From: Octopus vulgaris
Taxonomy: Eukaryota
Direction: 5' to 3'
DNA length: 64,000 nucleotides
Assembly: GCA_951406725.2 (NCBI GenBank)
Contig: OX597816.1
Span: 41,478,001 to 41,542,000 of the forward strand
Below are positions 38,385-53,318 of this stretch, piece by piece (position 1 is the first letter of the stretch; every line of letters starts with the position of its first letter). The notes beneath the pieces were generated by a model that was not told the DNA's origin, did no database searches, and saw only the letters and a list, made by a program, of their open reading frames with translations. Both the position numbers and the translations under genes were made by a program.

Positions 38385-39137
38385 TGAAATGCAATTGTAT
38401 TATTAGTTTTATTGTTATGTTACCGGAAGAAAAAAAAAATCGAAAGACTTCCCTTTCAGCACTTGACATATTGTGTTCAAATGGCACCGATGTTGACTCT
38501 GATTTCAAGCTTCTGTGTTGATAAAATAAGCAACAATCGAGAGCACACAAAAGTGTGCAAAAATAAGAATGGTTTAGTAGTTATTTTCATGGCTTTCAAC
38601 AAATCTAAAATTTAATAGAAAATGCATGGACGCTATACTCTTTCTGCACGTTAGCAGCATATACAATATTATATCACTCTATATTTCGTAAGAAACATAA
38701 CTATTGAACGATTAACGATCTTTTGACTATAGTTGGCCGACTCTTATAAAATAGAAAGTAGTAACAACAGGAGACTCGTCAATAATTTAACCAGTTCTTT
38801 TTATTTATTTCCATATTGCACCCATAGATATACTAAGGATAGCAATATAGTAATTATCTTTGAATTTGCGGTAAAGGAAGTAAATAAGAATCCATAGTCT
38901 ACCTTCCCTAACTTACAATTTGATTTCATACACTTCATTTGTGCGTAGCGCAAAATCCCATGTGATATTTTCCTTCAATTACTAGGAAAAAGCGAAATGC
39001 GTTCCCAAATTAGGACACCGAAAATAAATAATAATAAAATTAGGAACTTTCTTCGCAGAATGTATTTTTAGATACATAATGAAATGTTCCACCACTGACA
39101 GAAATGAAACAGTCACTGTTTCTGCAGATTATAGAAA

Positions 39138-39518
39138 TTCTTCTTCTTCTTCTTCTTCTTCTTCTTCTTCTTCTTCTTCTTCTTCTTCTTCTTCTTCTCC
39201 TTCTTCTTCTTCTTCTTCTTCTTCTTCTTCTTCTTCTTCTTCTTCTTCTTCTTCTTCTTCTTTTTTCTTTTTCTTCTTCTTCTTCTTCTTCTTCTTCTTC
39301 TTCTTCTTCTTCTTCTTCTTCTTTTTCTCCTTCTTTTTTTATTCTTCTTCTTTTTCTTCTTCTTCTTTTTCTCCTTCTTTTTTCTTCTTCTTCTTCTTCT
39401 TCTTCTTCTTTTTCTCCTTCTTTTTTTCTTCTTCTTCTTCTTCTTCGTCTTCTTCTTCTTCTTCTTCTTCTTCTTCTTCTTCTTCTTCTCCTCCTTCTTC
39501 TTCTTCTTCTTCTTTTTC

Positions 39519-39574
<56 letters not shown>
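39138..39574. repeat. ~380-bp (TTC)n tract fused to (TTA)n
   Basis: Direct; source of the poly-R/S/L/F ORFs. Confidence 0.97.
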
Positions 39575-39999
39575 TTGTGGGAGTCAATTTTCTGCTATAT
39601 GCTATGCTGAAAACATACGAATAGTACGTCTGAAATCTAATTAACAATCATAATTATAAAATATTCCACGATGATATAACATATATTATCTACAGCAGCA
39701 AGAAAATTGAAAATTACTATATAATTGTCTTTCGGGGGATATAGAAAAGCAAGGAAAGAGCAATGGAAACGAAATAAAATATAAAATAAACCACGCGTTT
39801 AAATGCGTGATGCTAAATGCAATTATAGATTCACAATGTAGGAACGTTCGCTTTTGTAACTAGAAAATATTGATGTTGCCGTAAAGTAAAGCGTTCCTAG
39901 TAATAACGAACATGCTCCATAAATGCTTCACCTCTCTCCAACGCCCAGAGAGTGCAACACATACATATATTATTTTTTTTTAGATCACTATGTATTGAT

Positions 40000-40212
40000 T
40001 TAAATTTTTGGCACAAGGCCTGGAATTGGGAGGAGGAAGGGGGAAGTCGATTACAGCAATTCCAGTACTAAACTGGTAATTATTTTAACAACTCCGAAAG
40101 GATGAATGGTATAGTCGACCACGGCCAAATTTGAACTCAAAACGTGAAGACGGATGACATGCCGCTAAGTATTTCATCCGACTTACTAACGATTCTACCA
40201 TCTCGCCGCCTT
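40000..40212 (-). mobile_element. Older SINE family A copy
   Basis: Consensus match; degenerate TSD ttagatcactatgtattga / ttacatcacttaatattga. Confidence 0.8.
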
Positions 40213-40335
40213 TACATCACTTAATATTGAGTGTTATTTTTGTCTCTGTGAGGGGAATACATAGAAAGCTGCATATTAAATGTAGTAAACTTCAATAAAT
40301 ATTCCCATTTATCTATTCACATAAATGAAGTATTC

Positions 40336-40518
40336 GGCTGTGTGGTAAGTAGCTTGCTTACCATCCACATAGTTCCGGCTTCAGTCCCACTGCGTGGCAC
40401 CTTGGGCAAGTGTCTTCTACTATAGCCTCGGGCCGACCAAAGACTTGTGAGTGAATTGGGTAGACGGAAACTGAAAGCAACCCGTCGTATATATGTATGT
40501 ATGCATGTAAGTATGTGT

Positions 40519-40576
<58 letters not shown>

Positions 40577-40785
40577 CTGTATTTGTCCCCCAACATCGCT
40601 TGACAACCGATGCTGGTGTGTTTACGTTCCCGTAACTTAGCGGTTCGGCAAAAGGGACCGATGGAATAAGTACTAGGCTTACAAAGAATGTCATGGGGTC
40701 CATTTGCTCGACTAAAGGCGGTGCTCCAGTATGGCCACATTCAAATGACTGAAACAAGTAAAAGAGTAAAAGAGAGTAAAGAGTA
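40336..40785 (+). mobile_element. SINE family B
   Basis: Consensus match; (aaagagt)n tail. Confidence 0.92.
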
Positions 40786-40844
40786 TATAACAACATGTAT
40801 AGAAGCATCAAATTGTGGATCGAAAATAGCAACTTGGGGACGAG

Positions 40845-41015
40845 TGCGAAGTCAACTATATTGAAGCCAGTGCTGGATTGGTACTTATTTTATCGACACC
40901 AACGACTGGAAGGCAAATTCAATCTCGACGGCATTTGAGTACACATCATAAAGCGTTAAGAACTGCTGCTAAACATTTTCTCTCATGTACCTACGATTCT
41001 GGCAGTTCGCCTTCC
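40845..41015 (-). mobile_element. Decayed SINE family A
   Basis: ggtacttattttatcgacacc..aaggcaaattcaatctcgacggcatttga. Confidence 0.65.
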
Positions 41016-41273
41016 ACCTTAGATAAATGTACAATGAAATTGTCCCGCAAACATAGTGTCAATTTCTAATTATTCTTTCGGTTCTTTCAAAAACGCTGTA
41101 AAATTTCTAATTTGACACGCATTCATTGACTTGCAATGAAGGAAGTTTGGAATTTTTTTGATAAATTTTCAGACCAGCTTGGACTGCTGTTTTTATAAGG
41201 AGGCGCCTTTCTCTCAGATTATACACAACATTAGCATTCATCTGTCACTCTCCTGCTTTCGTTTCTATTCGTT

Positions 41274-41304
<31 letters not shown>

Positions 41305-41911
41305 CTCTCTCACTCTACTTCTCTCTCTTTCTCTTAGTCAGTGTTTTCGTTCTCCTTCTCTCTCTCTCTCTCCGGGGACTGGCAAACGGTTACTGACAGA
41401 AGATTGTTCTTTATCTACAGCGCTGTCTGATGTATGACTTTTGTTTGTATTTCATAAGAATGTCAATATTTTCATGAAATCCTCAGAACTGTCATGCTAT
41501 AGATTTATTTACATTTAATTTTCTAAATAATAATGATGTACCATGTATTTTTTCACATTCCATGGAATAAAAATAATCATATGTTTCTTCTTTCCTTCTT
41601 TATAATATAATTTCCTCATATTGTGTGCGTTCTTGATTTTATTTGAAATTTTCCCCTATCTTTTTTGTTCTAGAAAATATTACTGCTACTATATTTATAC
41701 CAGTTTGCAAATGGAGAATTTGGTTTCTTGAGCGTGATGCCATATATAGTTCTACTACAATTATTCATTAACATAAAATTGTTTTTGTTTAGTGAGACTG
41801 CAATAAACGTATTTATTACGTTTGCAGATTTAAGTACACGTCTTTTTAGAGAAGGAGGCGGCGCACTTCTGGATCAGACTGACAGCATTTACACGACAAA
41901 AACGATAATAG

Positions 41912-42190
41912 TCACCCTTTTCAAGCCTAGCCATGCTCATGGGCCCGGTTTCCTAGATTCTGTAGCGTAGATGTTCCCCCCAGGTGGACGGGACGTCAGT
42001 CCATCGCAGCGTTACTCAAGAAACAAGAAGAGAGAGTGAGAGAAATTTTGGCAAAAGAGTATAAAAGAGTACACCACCCCCTGCCGGAGCATCGTGGCGC
42101 TTTTAGGTATTTTCGCTCAATAAATACACACAGCTCCCGCTCTGGGAATCGAGTCCGCTGCCCTAACCACAGGGCCATTGCGCATCCACG
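41912..42190 (-). mobile_element. SINE family C
   Basis: Reverse complement of the 34991 copy (gagtccgctgccctaaccac.gggccattgcgc). Confidence 0.88.
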
Positions 42191-43419
42191 ACGACATTCA
42201 AAACCGAACCGTTAACTGCTAGACTAAACGGATTCTATTAGATGAAATAACTCAACAGCATCTAGCCGGATGCTCCTTAAACTGCTTGTGTCGACGAGTG
42301 GTGACCTGCTGAGAAAAGTCCCACTCAAACAGCAGGGAAAAATGGATAACTTCTGGCCAATAATTCTGCAAAATGCATTTGAATATTTAGACAAAATTGC
42401 TGCTGTTGAAGTTGGATTGAGAAACTCCGAAACATGAGCGATTCGTGACAGATCTATCAACAACATTCACCTCAAGTGATACATCACACACAGAGTCGTT
42501 ACTACCCTTTTCAACTCAGATATATGTAGATGAGTTTAACGAGTAGAAGAGAGTTAGCGCTCATTACTTTTCTGTCTTATTAACAGCCAGCCTTAATCTC
42601 CTGTTCAGAGGCTTGATCGGTGAAATATATAGTGATCAAACATAATCTCTCTCCCCCTGTCACTCTCTCTTTCTCTCTTTCCTCTCAGTGTCTTTCTCCC
42701 CCCCTCTCTGTCTATCACACACCGTAAGTTCATGACTGCATGGGTACACAACGTCAGAATGACCGTGTCGGACACATACCCATGATCATTTTGTTTCACT
42801 ATTGAGGATCTGTTGTAGCTCTAGATAACACTTATCGCATTTAATAGATATCTGAGTATCAAAAAATAAATAAATAAATAACAAAGCATTAAGATTTTCT
42901 ACCAAAAAGCAAAAAAATTCAGTAATTTACCTAGCACCTTAACAGTGATGAAGAACTGTGTTGTAACGGAACACCTACATTAGCTAATATAGAAGAGTTT
43001 CATTTACTCATGTTGCAAGTCGCAGGAAGTTTCTGAATATGAGCTGACCAAAGCAAGGGGAATAATTGAGAAGGAAGTTTCTTTCCACTTTAGCAAATAA
43101 TTTTCCTCAGTGAAAATTTAGTAAAATAAGCTGCAGATGATTTTACAAATTAGTCAAACTTTCTTTTTCTATTTTGCTGAAAATTTCGAACTGAATTAAG
43201 TTTGTATTGTATCCCCTCAAAAGGAGCAGGTATTACTGAATCATTTGCCAGGTGTGTATAACGCTGGATCAAGTCAATAATGAGGCACACATGCAGGGGC
43301 CCCACTATATTTTAAGGAAAAGATCAGTGTAACATTATGATACAGTGTTGTAGATGCGGAACATTGCATTCATTGTTGTCTAAGTAAGATATTACTAGTA
43401 GAATTTGAGTGCAGATATC

Positions 43420-43650
43420 TATTTCTTTGCTACCCACAAGGGGCTAAACACAGAGGGGACAAACAAGGACAGCCAAAGGGATTGAGTCGACTACATCGAC
43501 CCCAGTGCGTAACTAGTACTTAATTTATCGACCCCGAAAGGATGAAAGGCAAAGTCGACCTCGACGGAATTTGAACTCGGAACGTAACGACAGACAAAAT
43601 ACGGCTACGAATTTCGCCCGGCGTGCTAACGTTTCTACCGGCTCGCTGCC
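43420..43650 (-). mobile_element. SINE family A with perfect 16-bp TSD
   Basis: tttgagtgcagatatc at 43404-43419 and 43651-43666. Confidence 0.95.
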
Positions 43651-45884
43651 TTTGAGTGCAGATATCATACTCTAAAACTTGTCATGAACCGTGTGTTTGT
43701 TGCATTTCATACTGATAAAATTCGTAGACCTCAATTCCAGTCCATTGAAACCTTTAACAATGTTAACACCAAATGCAGATCACTGAAATCAAACGCAGAT
43801 AGAGAGGCCAAACCTGAAGTACCTTTGTTCGTAGACCCATGAAAGTGGGGACGACATGACGAAACACGCACAGGAGAACTAGGAAGAGAAAAAAAGATTT
43901 TACCCACCGTCAGAATAATAGCAGACTCGGATGGTAGTACTTCCGATCAATTGCCATGTTGTTATAAGGATGACACCGTGTTTAGAGAGAATAGAAAGAC
44001 GATTATAAATTAAAGAAATGGTTTAAATACAGTAAGGATACCTTCATGGACATCCCCTGTCTGGAAAACATATCTGAAAACGATGTTGTAAGATATGGTG
44101 AGTCTACAGGTGTGTGGATAACTAATGCATTCATTGTAAAAACTTGTACATTTTTTCAATTTTACTGCAACATTTATATATTGCATTGGTCAGGCATAAC
44201 ACTTTCTCTGGTTTACATGCTTGTGGTGCCTTGTTCATAAGGAAGTTTTGGTGTTTTTCTAGTTTATTATTAGTTTAAAATTGAGGTCGGTTTTGAATTT
44301 CCATTCTATGAGGGTTTAATGTATATGTTGTTTGTCCAATAATTTTTCTGCTATCGCAATGCAATGCCAGCTGAACATGCAAAACAATACACATCAACAA
44401 CATAAATCGGGGCTAAAATAAAGACCCAACATTAGAATATTTGGTCGATACAAAGGAATCAACATTTGATTACTGGCGTATGGAGCTACCGATGAGAAAA
44501 TCTTTTACAGGTAAGTTTGCATGAATTCAGTCAGTATGTATAAAACAAAACAGACGACAAATATTTTAAGCTCTTACTAATGAAACTAGGATTGCCTGAT
44601 AACATGCAATCTGTATTTAGGAAATTTGTTATTTCAAAATAGAACGAATATCAGTAAAATATAAAACATAAAGTATAAAACGGGAAAGCATCTTTGTACT
44701 TCATAAATCATGTGTGATTTTGCGCGTCTTTCCGTTTTCTGAGCTGTAGGAAATGGATTTAGGTCTGACTGCTATTCCTAACACATAAAGTGACTGCCTT
44801 GAAAAGATATTGCCATTATGCTACGCAAGATGCGCTAAGGAATATCACCGCAGATATGAACATATATCATTCATACGGTTCTAATCACGTGTTCCACTCC
44901 AGTTCTACATCATATTTAAGTACCATGAGGATTTTACCTCTATTCCTTCGTAAGTATATTTTCATCTTTCCTTTATCCTCTTCTCGTCTTCCATTAACTC
45001 ACAATTCATAATGGTAATTCAAAATGTCACACGTTACTTTCTCAAAATTCCAACCTCTAAATATTCACTTTTTTGAGTTTAATTATCAATAAATATATTG
45101 TCATAAGTTTCATAAATTCCATCGTCGTCGAAGCCATCGTCATCATCATACCCACCAGAAAAATCCTTATCATCGTAATCATCATGATGATCATCATCAT
45201 CTCACCAGAACCAGCACCAGGACCACCACCATTAACATCAGCAACAATAACATCAGCATCATCATCATTATCAAATCAGTCCGTTAATTGACATATTAAT
45301 TCTAACTCATATTGCCTTTGTCAAACAATTATACATAGAAAAACGAAGGGATAATTTCATAGAAATCATACACGTCACAATACATATTTTAATTAATTTA
45401 ATGCCGGCCGAGAGATGTAAACTCCATCAGTATAGTTATTATCACATCATATTGAATTTCATTTCGCGTTTGTTATTCAGCTGTATTTTGACAGAAAAAC
45501 AGATTCTGTAGATTTAATTTTCAAGATTTTACTAATCTTCCATCTCGTTATTGAATTATTACTTCAATGTAATCATTCCAATGATTTCAATTATCCACCC
45601 ACTCACACATGTTCAATAATATCTTAAGAATACTTTTCCTCCAATTTATTTATGTAAATTATATCAATGGAAGTCTACGAAAGATGGGGAATTCATTTAA
45701 AACGTTTATCTTAATTAATTGCATGCTAGTATAGATAAGTGAGCCGGATTTACTCTACTCTATAAAATTCCTATTATTATCGGTACTTCAACAGCGTTTT
45801 AATTTTTCATATAATATAGTTAACCAATTTGCATATCGTATTTCTGTGTATTTTTCTTCTGTTACACTATCACTCACATATCGT

Positions 45885-46257
<373 letters not shown>

Positions 46258-47026
46258 TGTATTTATCACTTTCGCTTTCAAGCCGATTTCCTGGCTTGCA
46301 ACGAAAATAGAATAATCTAAATCAGACAGTTACCGTTGAGACTTGAGATGATAAAGAATGGAATTCTCAGTTTCAATCAGATGTCGTATTTTCTTCAATG
46401 AAATTATGTTAGATAATAACTATTGATAAGAATTCTTGTTTAAAAGTATTTAAAATAAAATGATGCACTCCAGATAATCAATATTTTACATGCAGCAGAT
46501 CGCAAGCTATTTGGCTGACGGTGATACACGAATTCATATTTTCGCAATCTTTGAAATGATTATAACAAGACATATCAGTATAAAACATCGGTCCATATGG
46601 AATGCTGCAGGGAACAGACGCAATACATTCAATAGGTTGGTGTATTCAAAAATATAAAATCTCACTTCTCTCCACACGTAATTAGACGACGTAGAATTGT
46701 TGCAGCAACATCATAATTATCACAATTACCATTTAAAATAGTATTAATTATCAAAGTTATGATTATCGTCATTGATACGGTTTTGTATTCCAGACGCAAT
46801 GCAGTGTACATATATAGACGTGTGGCTGTTTACAGCGTTTTCTCAGACTACACAAGGAAAGCATCGTAAACAAGAAGCCCACAAGAGATTTAAGTAAACT
46901 AGGTTGGGAATGATATAAATTAATGCAGTATATAGCCGACTTAATTACATTTCCAGAAATATTATTAAAATAAACGTATATCGCACCAGGGCACGATTGT
47001 TTATTTGGTGATTAATTCAATTCATA

Positions 47027-47440
47027 GGCGCAGGAGTGGCTGTGTGGTAAGTAGCTTGCTAACCAACCACATGGTTCCGGGTTCAGTCCCACTACGTGGC
47101 ATCTTGGGCAAGTGTCTTCTGCTATAGCCTCGGGCCGACCATTGCCTTGTGAGTGGATTTGGTAGACGGAAACTGAAAGAAGCCTGTCGTATATATATAT
47201 ATATATATATATATGTATGCGTGTGTGTGTTTGTGTGTCTGTGTTTGTCCCCCTAGCATTGCCTGACAACCGATGCTGGTGTGTTTACGTCCCCGTCACT
47301 TAGCGGTTCGGCACAACGGACCGATAGAATAAGTACTGGGCTTACAAAGAATAAGTTCCGGGGTCGATTTGCTCGACTAAAGGCGGTGATCCAGCATGGC
47401 CGCAGCCAAATTACTGAAACAAGTAAAAGAGTAAAAGAGT
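47027..47440 (+). mobile_element. Full-length SINE family B
   Basis: ggcgcaggagtggctgtgtggtaag..gggttcagtccc; (aaagagt)n tail. Confidence 0.93.
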
Positions 47441-47802
47441 ATATCAACCAGGATAATAGTGAGGAGTAAATACAAAGGATAAACTGGAATTTCATGAGTT
47501 CATACACGCGCCATAAAAATCTAAAAGTTGCATTATTTTATGTTCATATGTGGAACTTGAAATCGCTAAATGGATTCATTTCTACGTGCACCACCGCTTT
47601 TCTGAATGCAGGATAATATCACTTTTATTTTCATCTTTTTTTACGATAGAAATTGTTGGCGTGGAATATTTCATGGTATGCATCTCAAATATTCATTTGT
47701 TTGGGGCTAAGTGCTGTTTCAAGATTTGACTTTGCCAGATGACATTTGTGAATGCCAAGGCATTTTTTGCTTCGTCTTTCACTTCTGTTACATTGCATTC
47801 GC

Positions 47803-47840
<38 letters not shown>

Positions 47841-48929
47841 TGTTTCTTGTGGGTACATCTTCCTAAGAGTTACTGCTAGGTATTTTGATTACCACTAAAT
47901 CTCTTCTGTTGTAATTACATATACTTACTGCTTTAGAAACAGAGATAAACTTAAATTAAGTTCTATTCACTATATTGGATGATATAGATTCCCATATACG
48001 AGGCAGGAAATACAGGAGAGTGTAACTCTTATCGACTCCAAAATACGAGACAGAGTTGGTGTCTTATTGAAACATATACTTAACAATATCCTAGCTAGCC
48101 AATATTTCGGCCAATTACATCACTTTGAACGTTGTATTTCGATTCATCATAACCTGTACGGATAGTTTCTTGCTGGAGATCTGAAGAGAAATACGATGTT
48201 GTCGGATGATGTCTGCAGTGTTTACAATTATAATGGCTGCAAATACTATAGTAATACTTGAAATTGAACTTTATTGTTGGTGAAGAGGCAAAAACGACCG
48301 AACTGCCGGTGCAGTTCACGATTTCATAGAGGCAATTGGGATCAGTATTAGGTATTTGCGGTGATTCGATTTGCAGCCTGGAACTACAGATATGTTGGGA
48401 GATACACACTGATTTCAAATACCACAGCCAATAGAAAACTTTTTTTATCAAACCGTAATTCCTATTTTATAAGACCGGAGTCTACTTCTGAGAAGCCGGG
48501 GACATGTTTCATCCCTTATGCAATGATTCCGTAATCAGGATTTCGGTCCAAAGGTATTTAATTAAGAAACTTAGAATCTTTCTTCCAACCTGACAACACA
48601 AGTACATTGCAACCGAGTAGATGAAACTGAGATTGACAAACTGCAAAATCTAGAGCCATGTCAAAAGAAATAAAACTAGACATAAATCAACGACATTAGC
48701 AAAAGCTGCTGAGGGTGTTAAAGAATATGAAATTCATGGTTCTTCGTAAAATAGATTTGTCGCCTCAGTATAGATGATATGATGACGCGTAGAATTAGGG
48801 CATCGTGGAGAAAACACAGTGAGTATTAGTAAGAGGTTTAGACGATAAGCTGCTTTTGAAGATAATTTTGATAGAGCAGATGAGGACAACATTTAATTAT
48901 CCCCCATTGCTACTCGGCAGCTCAAAATT

Positions 48930-49505
48930 TCAACTACATAGGAGGCTATATGTACTCGAACTCTATACAGATATCTATTCATATTAAACCCCTACCACAT
49001 TTCTTTCTAGGTAAATATTTTCCTTGCTACTTCGGCTTTGGGATGTATTCCTCCATTCATATAGAATTTATTCCTGATTCTTCTGTCTAGATTTGCTAAT
49101 TCAGATGTTGTACAATTTACAAAAAGTGCTGAATATATATGTAATGATACTGCCCAAGTATTTACAGGCTTAACTAGATTAACCATTTAACATTGACTTC
49201 ATTAGCTTTCTCACCTTCCCTTCTGATATGCTACTTTTCAATGTTCTCTTTCATTTCTATAGTTAGTACTCTGTCAGTTTCTAATATTCCTAGAAACTTA
49301 AAACTTTCTTTTTCTTTCAATGGTTGTTTGTCCATCTGGAAAATGGATGCTTTCACTGCTGACTACCTGGCCCTTCTTTATGACTAATGTCATGCATTTC
49401 ACAATGCCAGATTTCACACCTATATCTTTGTTGAAATGTTTTACAGCTTGTGTTAAGGAATATTTATGACCCTTACAATCTGTACTAAAGAATCTTAAAG
49501 AGTCT
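48930..49505 (-). mobile_element. R4/Dong-type RT/thumb fragment
   Basis: FNKDIGVKSGIVKC; KFLGILETD; NLVKPVNTWAVS; LDRRIR..NGGIHPKA..YLPRKKCGRGL. Confidence 0.85.
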
Positions 49506-49829
49506 TGAAATAAGCATTAAAAACATGAATGTTGATGTCACTTCAGAATTTCCAGAAAACCTATTCTGCCTAAATTCAGAAGACATTAACATATTGTTTT
49601 TTTTTCTTTTTGATATTCAACCATTTAGTTTGAGCAGTTGAAGTTCGGATAGCTGATTTAATATAATAGTCTTGCGACTGTCTCTCTTAAGTAGTTCAAT
49701 TGTCACGAGGATCTATATATTTCCATTGTGGGCTTCTATACGTTAATTTATTATAGCGATTTTCGCATCAAAGATACATTGTTAAAAAAACATGTCTTAA
49801 TAGTGTATTATGTTATAACACATCCCTTC

Positions 49830-49965
49830 CTAAGGCGGTGAGATACTAGAACCGTTAGCGAGCCCTGGAAAATGTTTGGGGCATTTCTTCAGGACCCTTG
49901 TTCTGAGATGGAATTACACTCAGACTGATCTTGCTTACCATTCCTTCGAATTTGATAAAAACAGT
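49830..49965 (+). mobile_element. Decayed SINE family A head
   Basis: aaggcggtgagatactagaaccgttagc..gttctgag. Confidence 0.5.
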
Positions 49966-50443
49966 AGTAAACCTCCCATACATTTGCTTGCCTTGAGGCA
50001 AAGTTTTAAATCAATAATGTGTTCTCCAACTAATATTTTCTTTGATTTATTGCTTTATAGGAATCAAATAAATAACATACAAAGCTCGAGAAACATTAGT
50101 TGCACGGCAATGATTCAAAATATACCTCCAAGTTACACTTGGTATCACGTCGTTATTACAGGCTTCTGGAATTTCAAACTTGCATTTGAATCGAAAATTT
50201 TGTTGTTATTGAATGTAAATCTTGTGGAAAAGCGATGAGCTCAACCTAAAAATGAAGTTCAAAACAAACAACTAGTATGTGCAACTAATTGGAAATTATC
50301 ATATATAGAATGTGAAAGAAGGAAAACTTATTTCAATTTCAGTGATTATATTTTCTATTGATATTAAAAGTTCAGAATGTAAGTGTATTCATACAAAGCG
50401 AGTAAAATAATTATATTCCTTTATAACCATAATAGCATATCTC

Positions 50444-50515
<72 letters not shown>

Positions 50516-51696
50516 ATACAGAGAGAAAAAGAAAGAGAGAGAGGAAGATTTATGCTTGCATATAATTATATATGTATTTATGTTTGCGCGTAGATGCATA
50601 TACGTTTGTGTTTGTGTATATAAGTATGTATGTGTGCATTCATATATATTTTACGTTTTAATTGTATGTTAGTGGATAACACTTTTAAATATAAATGCTA
50701 TTTTAAATCCTCACCAGGGTTCCTATCCAGCATATAAGTAGGATTCGTATTCACGAGCTTGTCTCTTGCTGTTGGTGCAACAATATTCACTAATTGCATT
50801 CATCCAATGATTGCTATTAGTTATGACTCGACACGTACAGAGAAATGGCAATTGGTTGTACAATCAAATTCCTTTTGCTTTTAATATCATTATACGAATT
50901 TATTTAGACTTGTTTACAGTGTCAACATAGCAATGAATAATTTTAATTGCATCAATTCATTCCGATGGACTAGGGTTGATCTAGTCAGAGCTAAATTTAT
51001 ATTGATGTTGTAATCATAGGTTTGCTGTATTTTGTATTTTGTTATACTCTGCCTTAGCTGAAATGTAGTAAATGCAATCGTTGTTGTTGTTGTTACTGTA
51101 GTGAATAATACGGTTATTACAGACATTTTCTTTCCTATTTACAATTGTTTTATTTTTTTACGTGTATTTTATACACTTTAACCACATTTATCTTGATTTT
51201 TATTTGGCTTATTTCTTAATGTATTTTGAACTACTCTCGTTAAAAAAAATTTTAAATATGCAAATATATTGAGCACACATTTTTTATTGGGTTGTTACAT
51301 TTTATTTCATTTATATTCATATAAATATTTTTTATAAAGTTAGGTTTATACTAAACACTGGTTTGAATATTTTTCTTAAATGTCAATAAATTATAGAGGT
51401 TGCAAATTCCAATTCTGAAAAGTAAATGACATCTTGTAAGAATCACGTGCATACTTACCCATTTACACATGGTGTTATATATAGGCGTCAGCAATATCGT
51501 GCGATTCACCAAATATGCTACAGACACTAGAAATAATATCAATGGTTGATACATATTAGCATATATCTGTTGAGAATTTCAATAAAGTTCCATATATGTA
51601 CGTAAATTAAATATCGTAAGGACCATATGTGGTTATGTGCATACGCCCGTTTCTGTATTTATAGATAGATACACAGATAGAGAAACTGGCCTATCA

Positions 51697-51756
<60 letters not shown>

Positions 51757-52199
51757 GTAGATAGAGAGATACATACATGCATGCATGCATACATACATAG
51801 ACAGATAGATAGGTAGATGGGTAGATAGATAGAGAGATAGATAAATAGACGGGCAGGCAGACACATATGCTTGAATGACTTTGTACATATATGTATCTAT
51901 ATATGTATGCCATGATGTGTGTGATGTTATGCAGGAATACATAATCTTATATTCTTTATATAGGTTTATTTCATACAAATATATGTGCGTTTGTGTGTGT
52001 GTGAGCGTGTATAAAAAGAACAAAATATATATTTCAATAGGTAAAAATGTGTTTTTAGAATTGTTATATTATCTTTCATATAATGGTTTATGCATTATTA
52101 TTATATGCATATTTTGCGAACCTAAACCAACCGTAGCTTATGTTTCAAATAATCCTTCTAAAGCATCATTTTCAAATATTACAACTACTATTATTGTTT

Positions 52200-53200
52200 A
52201 GCGGTACTTCGTCCGTAGCTCTTCGTTCGTTGTAACTCCTTTATGACATTCTGCTGGTCAAGATTATCATTCAATGTTTCTGTCATTTTTTCCTTTGATA
52301 AATGTAGCTTTTGAATATTTATTGAGGCCGAATTGCACCCTGATGTTATCATAGAATTATTTAACAATTGCTAGTAAGACCTGTAGTGGTTCGCCATTTT
52401 TTGCAAAGATCTTTAAATCGTGTATGTGAATGAGACGATTTATAGTTTTATCAAACATTTTGTATCTGTATTGTAAGTCATCTAGCAATTTCGAGAGAGT
52501 CATTAAGGCTAGATAAAAGAGGAGTGCTGATAGAGAGTCACACTGGAAAATGCCACATAAACTTATTACATCTTCAGCATTGAGAGATTCATTGTCACTG
52601 TTCAAAGTCAGTGTGGTTCACCATGATCTCATACTTGCAGACAAGAAGTTTCGCGGAGTAAGTGGTATTTTATACATTTCCACACATTTCTTAATACACC
52701 TATGTGGCAGACTATCAAAAGTTTTTTCATAGTCTATCCTGGCTAGATTTTATGTCGTTTGTGACAATCTTCTAAGATCATCTTATTGATGAGTAGCTGA
52801 TCTTTACAACCATAGGACCTACGTTTACCTCCATTTTCTCATTAGGGAATAAGCCACTTTCTATTAAAAAGCTGTAGGTATATTCAGTCAAGAGAGATTT
52901 TAGCATTTTATACATTGTTGTTAAGCAGGTTAGAGGCCTATAATGTTTTGGTTCATTTGTTTGTTCATTTTTTGGAAGTAGGAATGTTACACCATTAACT
53001 AGTCAAAAGGGAATCGCTCTAGGTTGTTGCAAAACATTGTTGTAGTATTTTGTTAGCAGTTCATGACCCTATGGGAAGGCATTCAACTAGAAGTTAGAAA
53101 ATGTTATCCTTTCAAGCAGTCTTTCATTTGCGTGACCTCCTGACAGCCTATCTTACGTCCTTCCCACGTTTGCTCTCTTAATGTTTTGATTAGAGAATCA
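52200..53200 (-). mobile_element. R4/Dong-type RT core fragment
   Basis: YRPLTCLTTMYKML; SYGCKDQLLINKMILEDC; IDYEKTFDSLPH; GIFQCDSLSALLF; LIHIHDLKIFAK (YMDD site decayed). Confidence 0.9.
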
Positions 53201-53233
53201 AGGAATTTTCAAATTTGAGGTCATGATAGATCG

Positions 53234-53316
<83 letters not shown>

Positions 53317-53318
<2 letters not shown>

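Noticed and set aside
10731-44520. Isolated splice-like sites (ttccttgcag 10750, tctcgcag 14648, gg/gtaagt 21244, ag/gtaagt 44511)
   Set aside because: No paired exon with a recognisable reading frame; such motifs are frequent by chance
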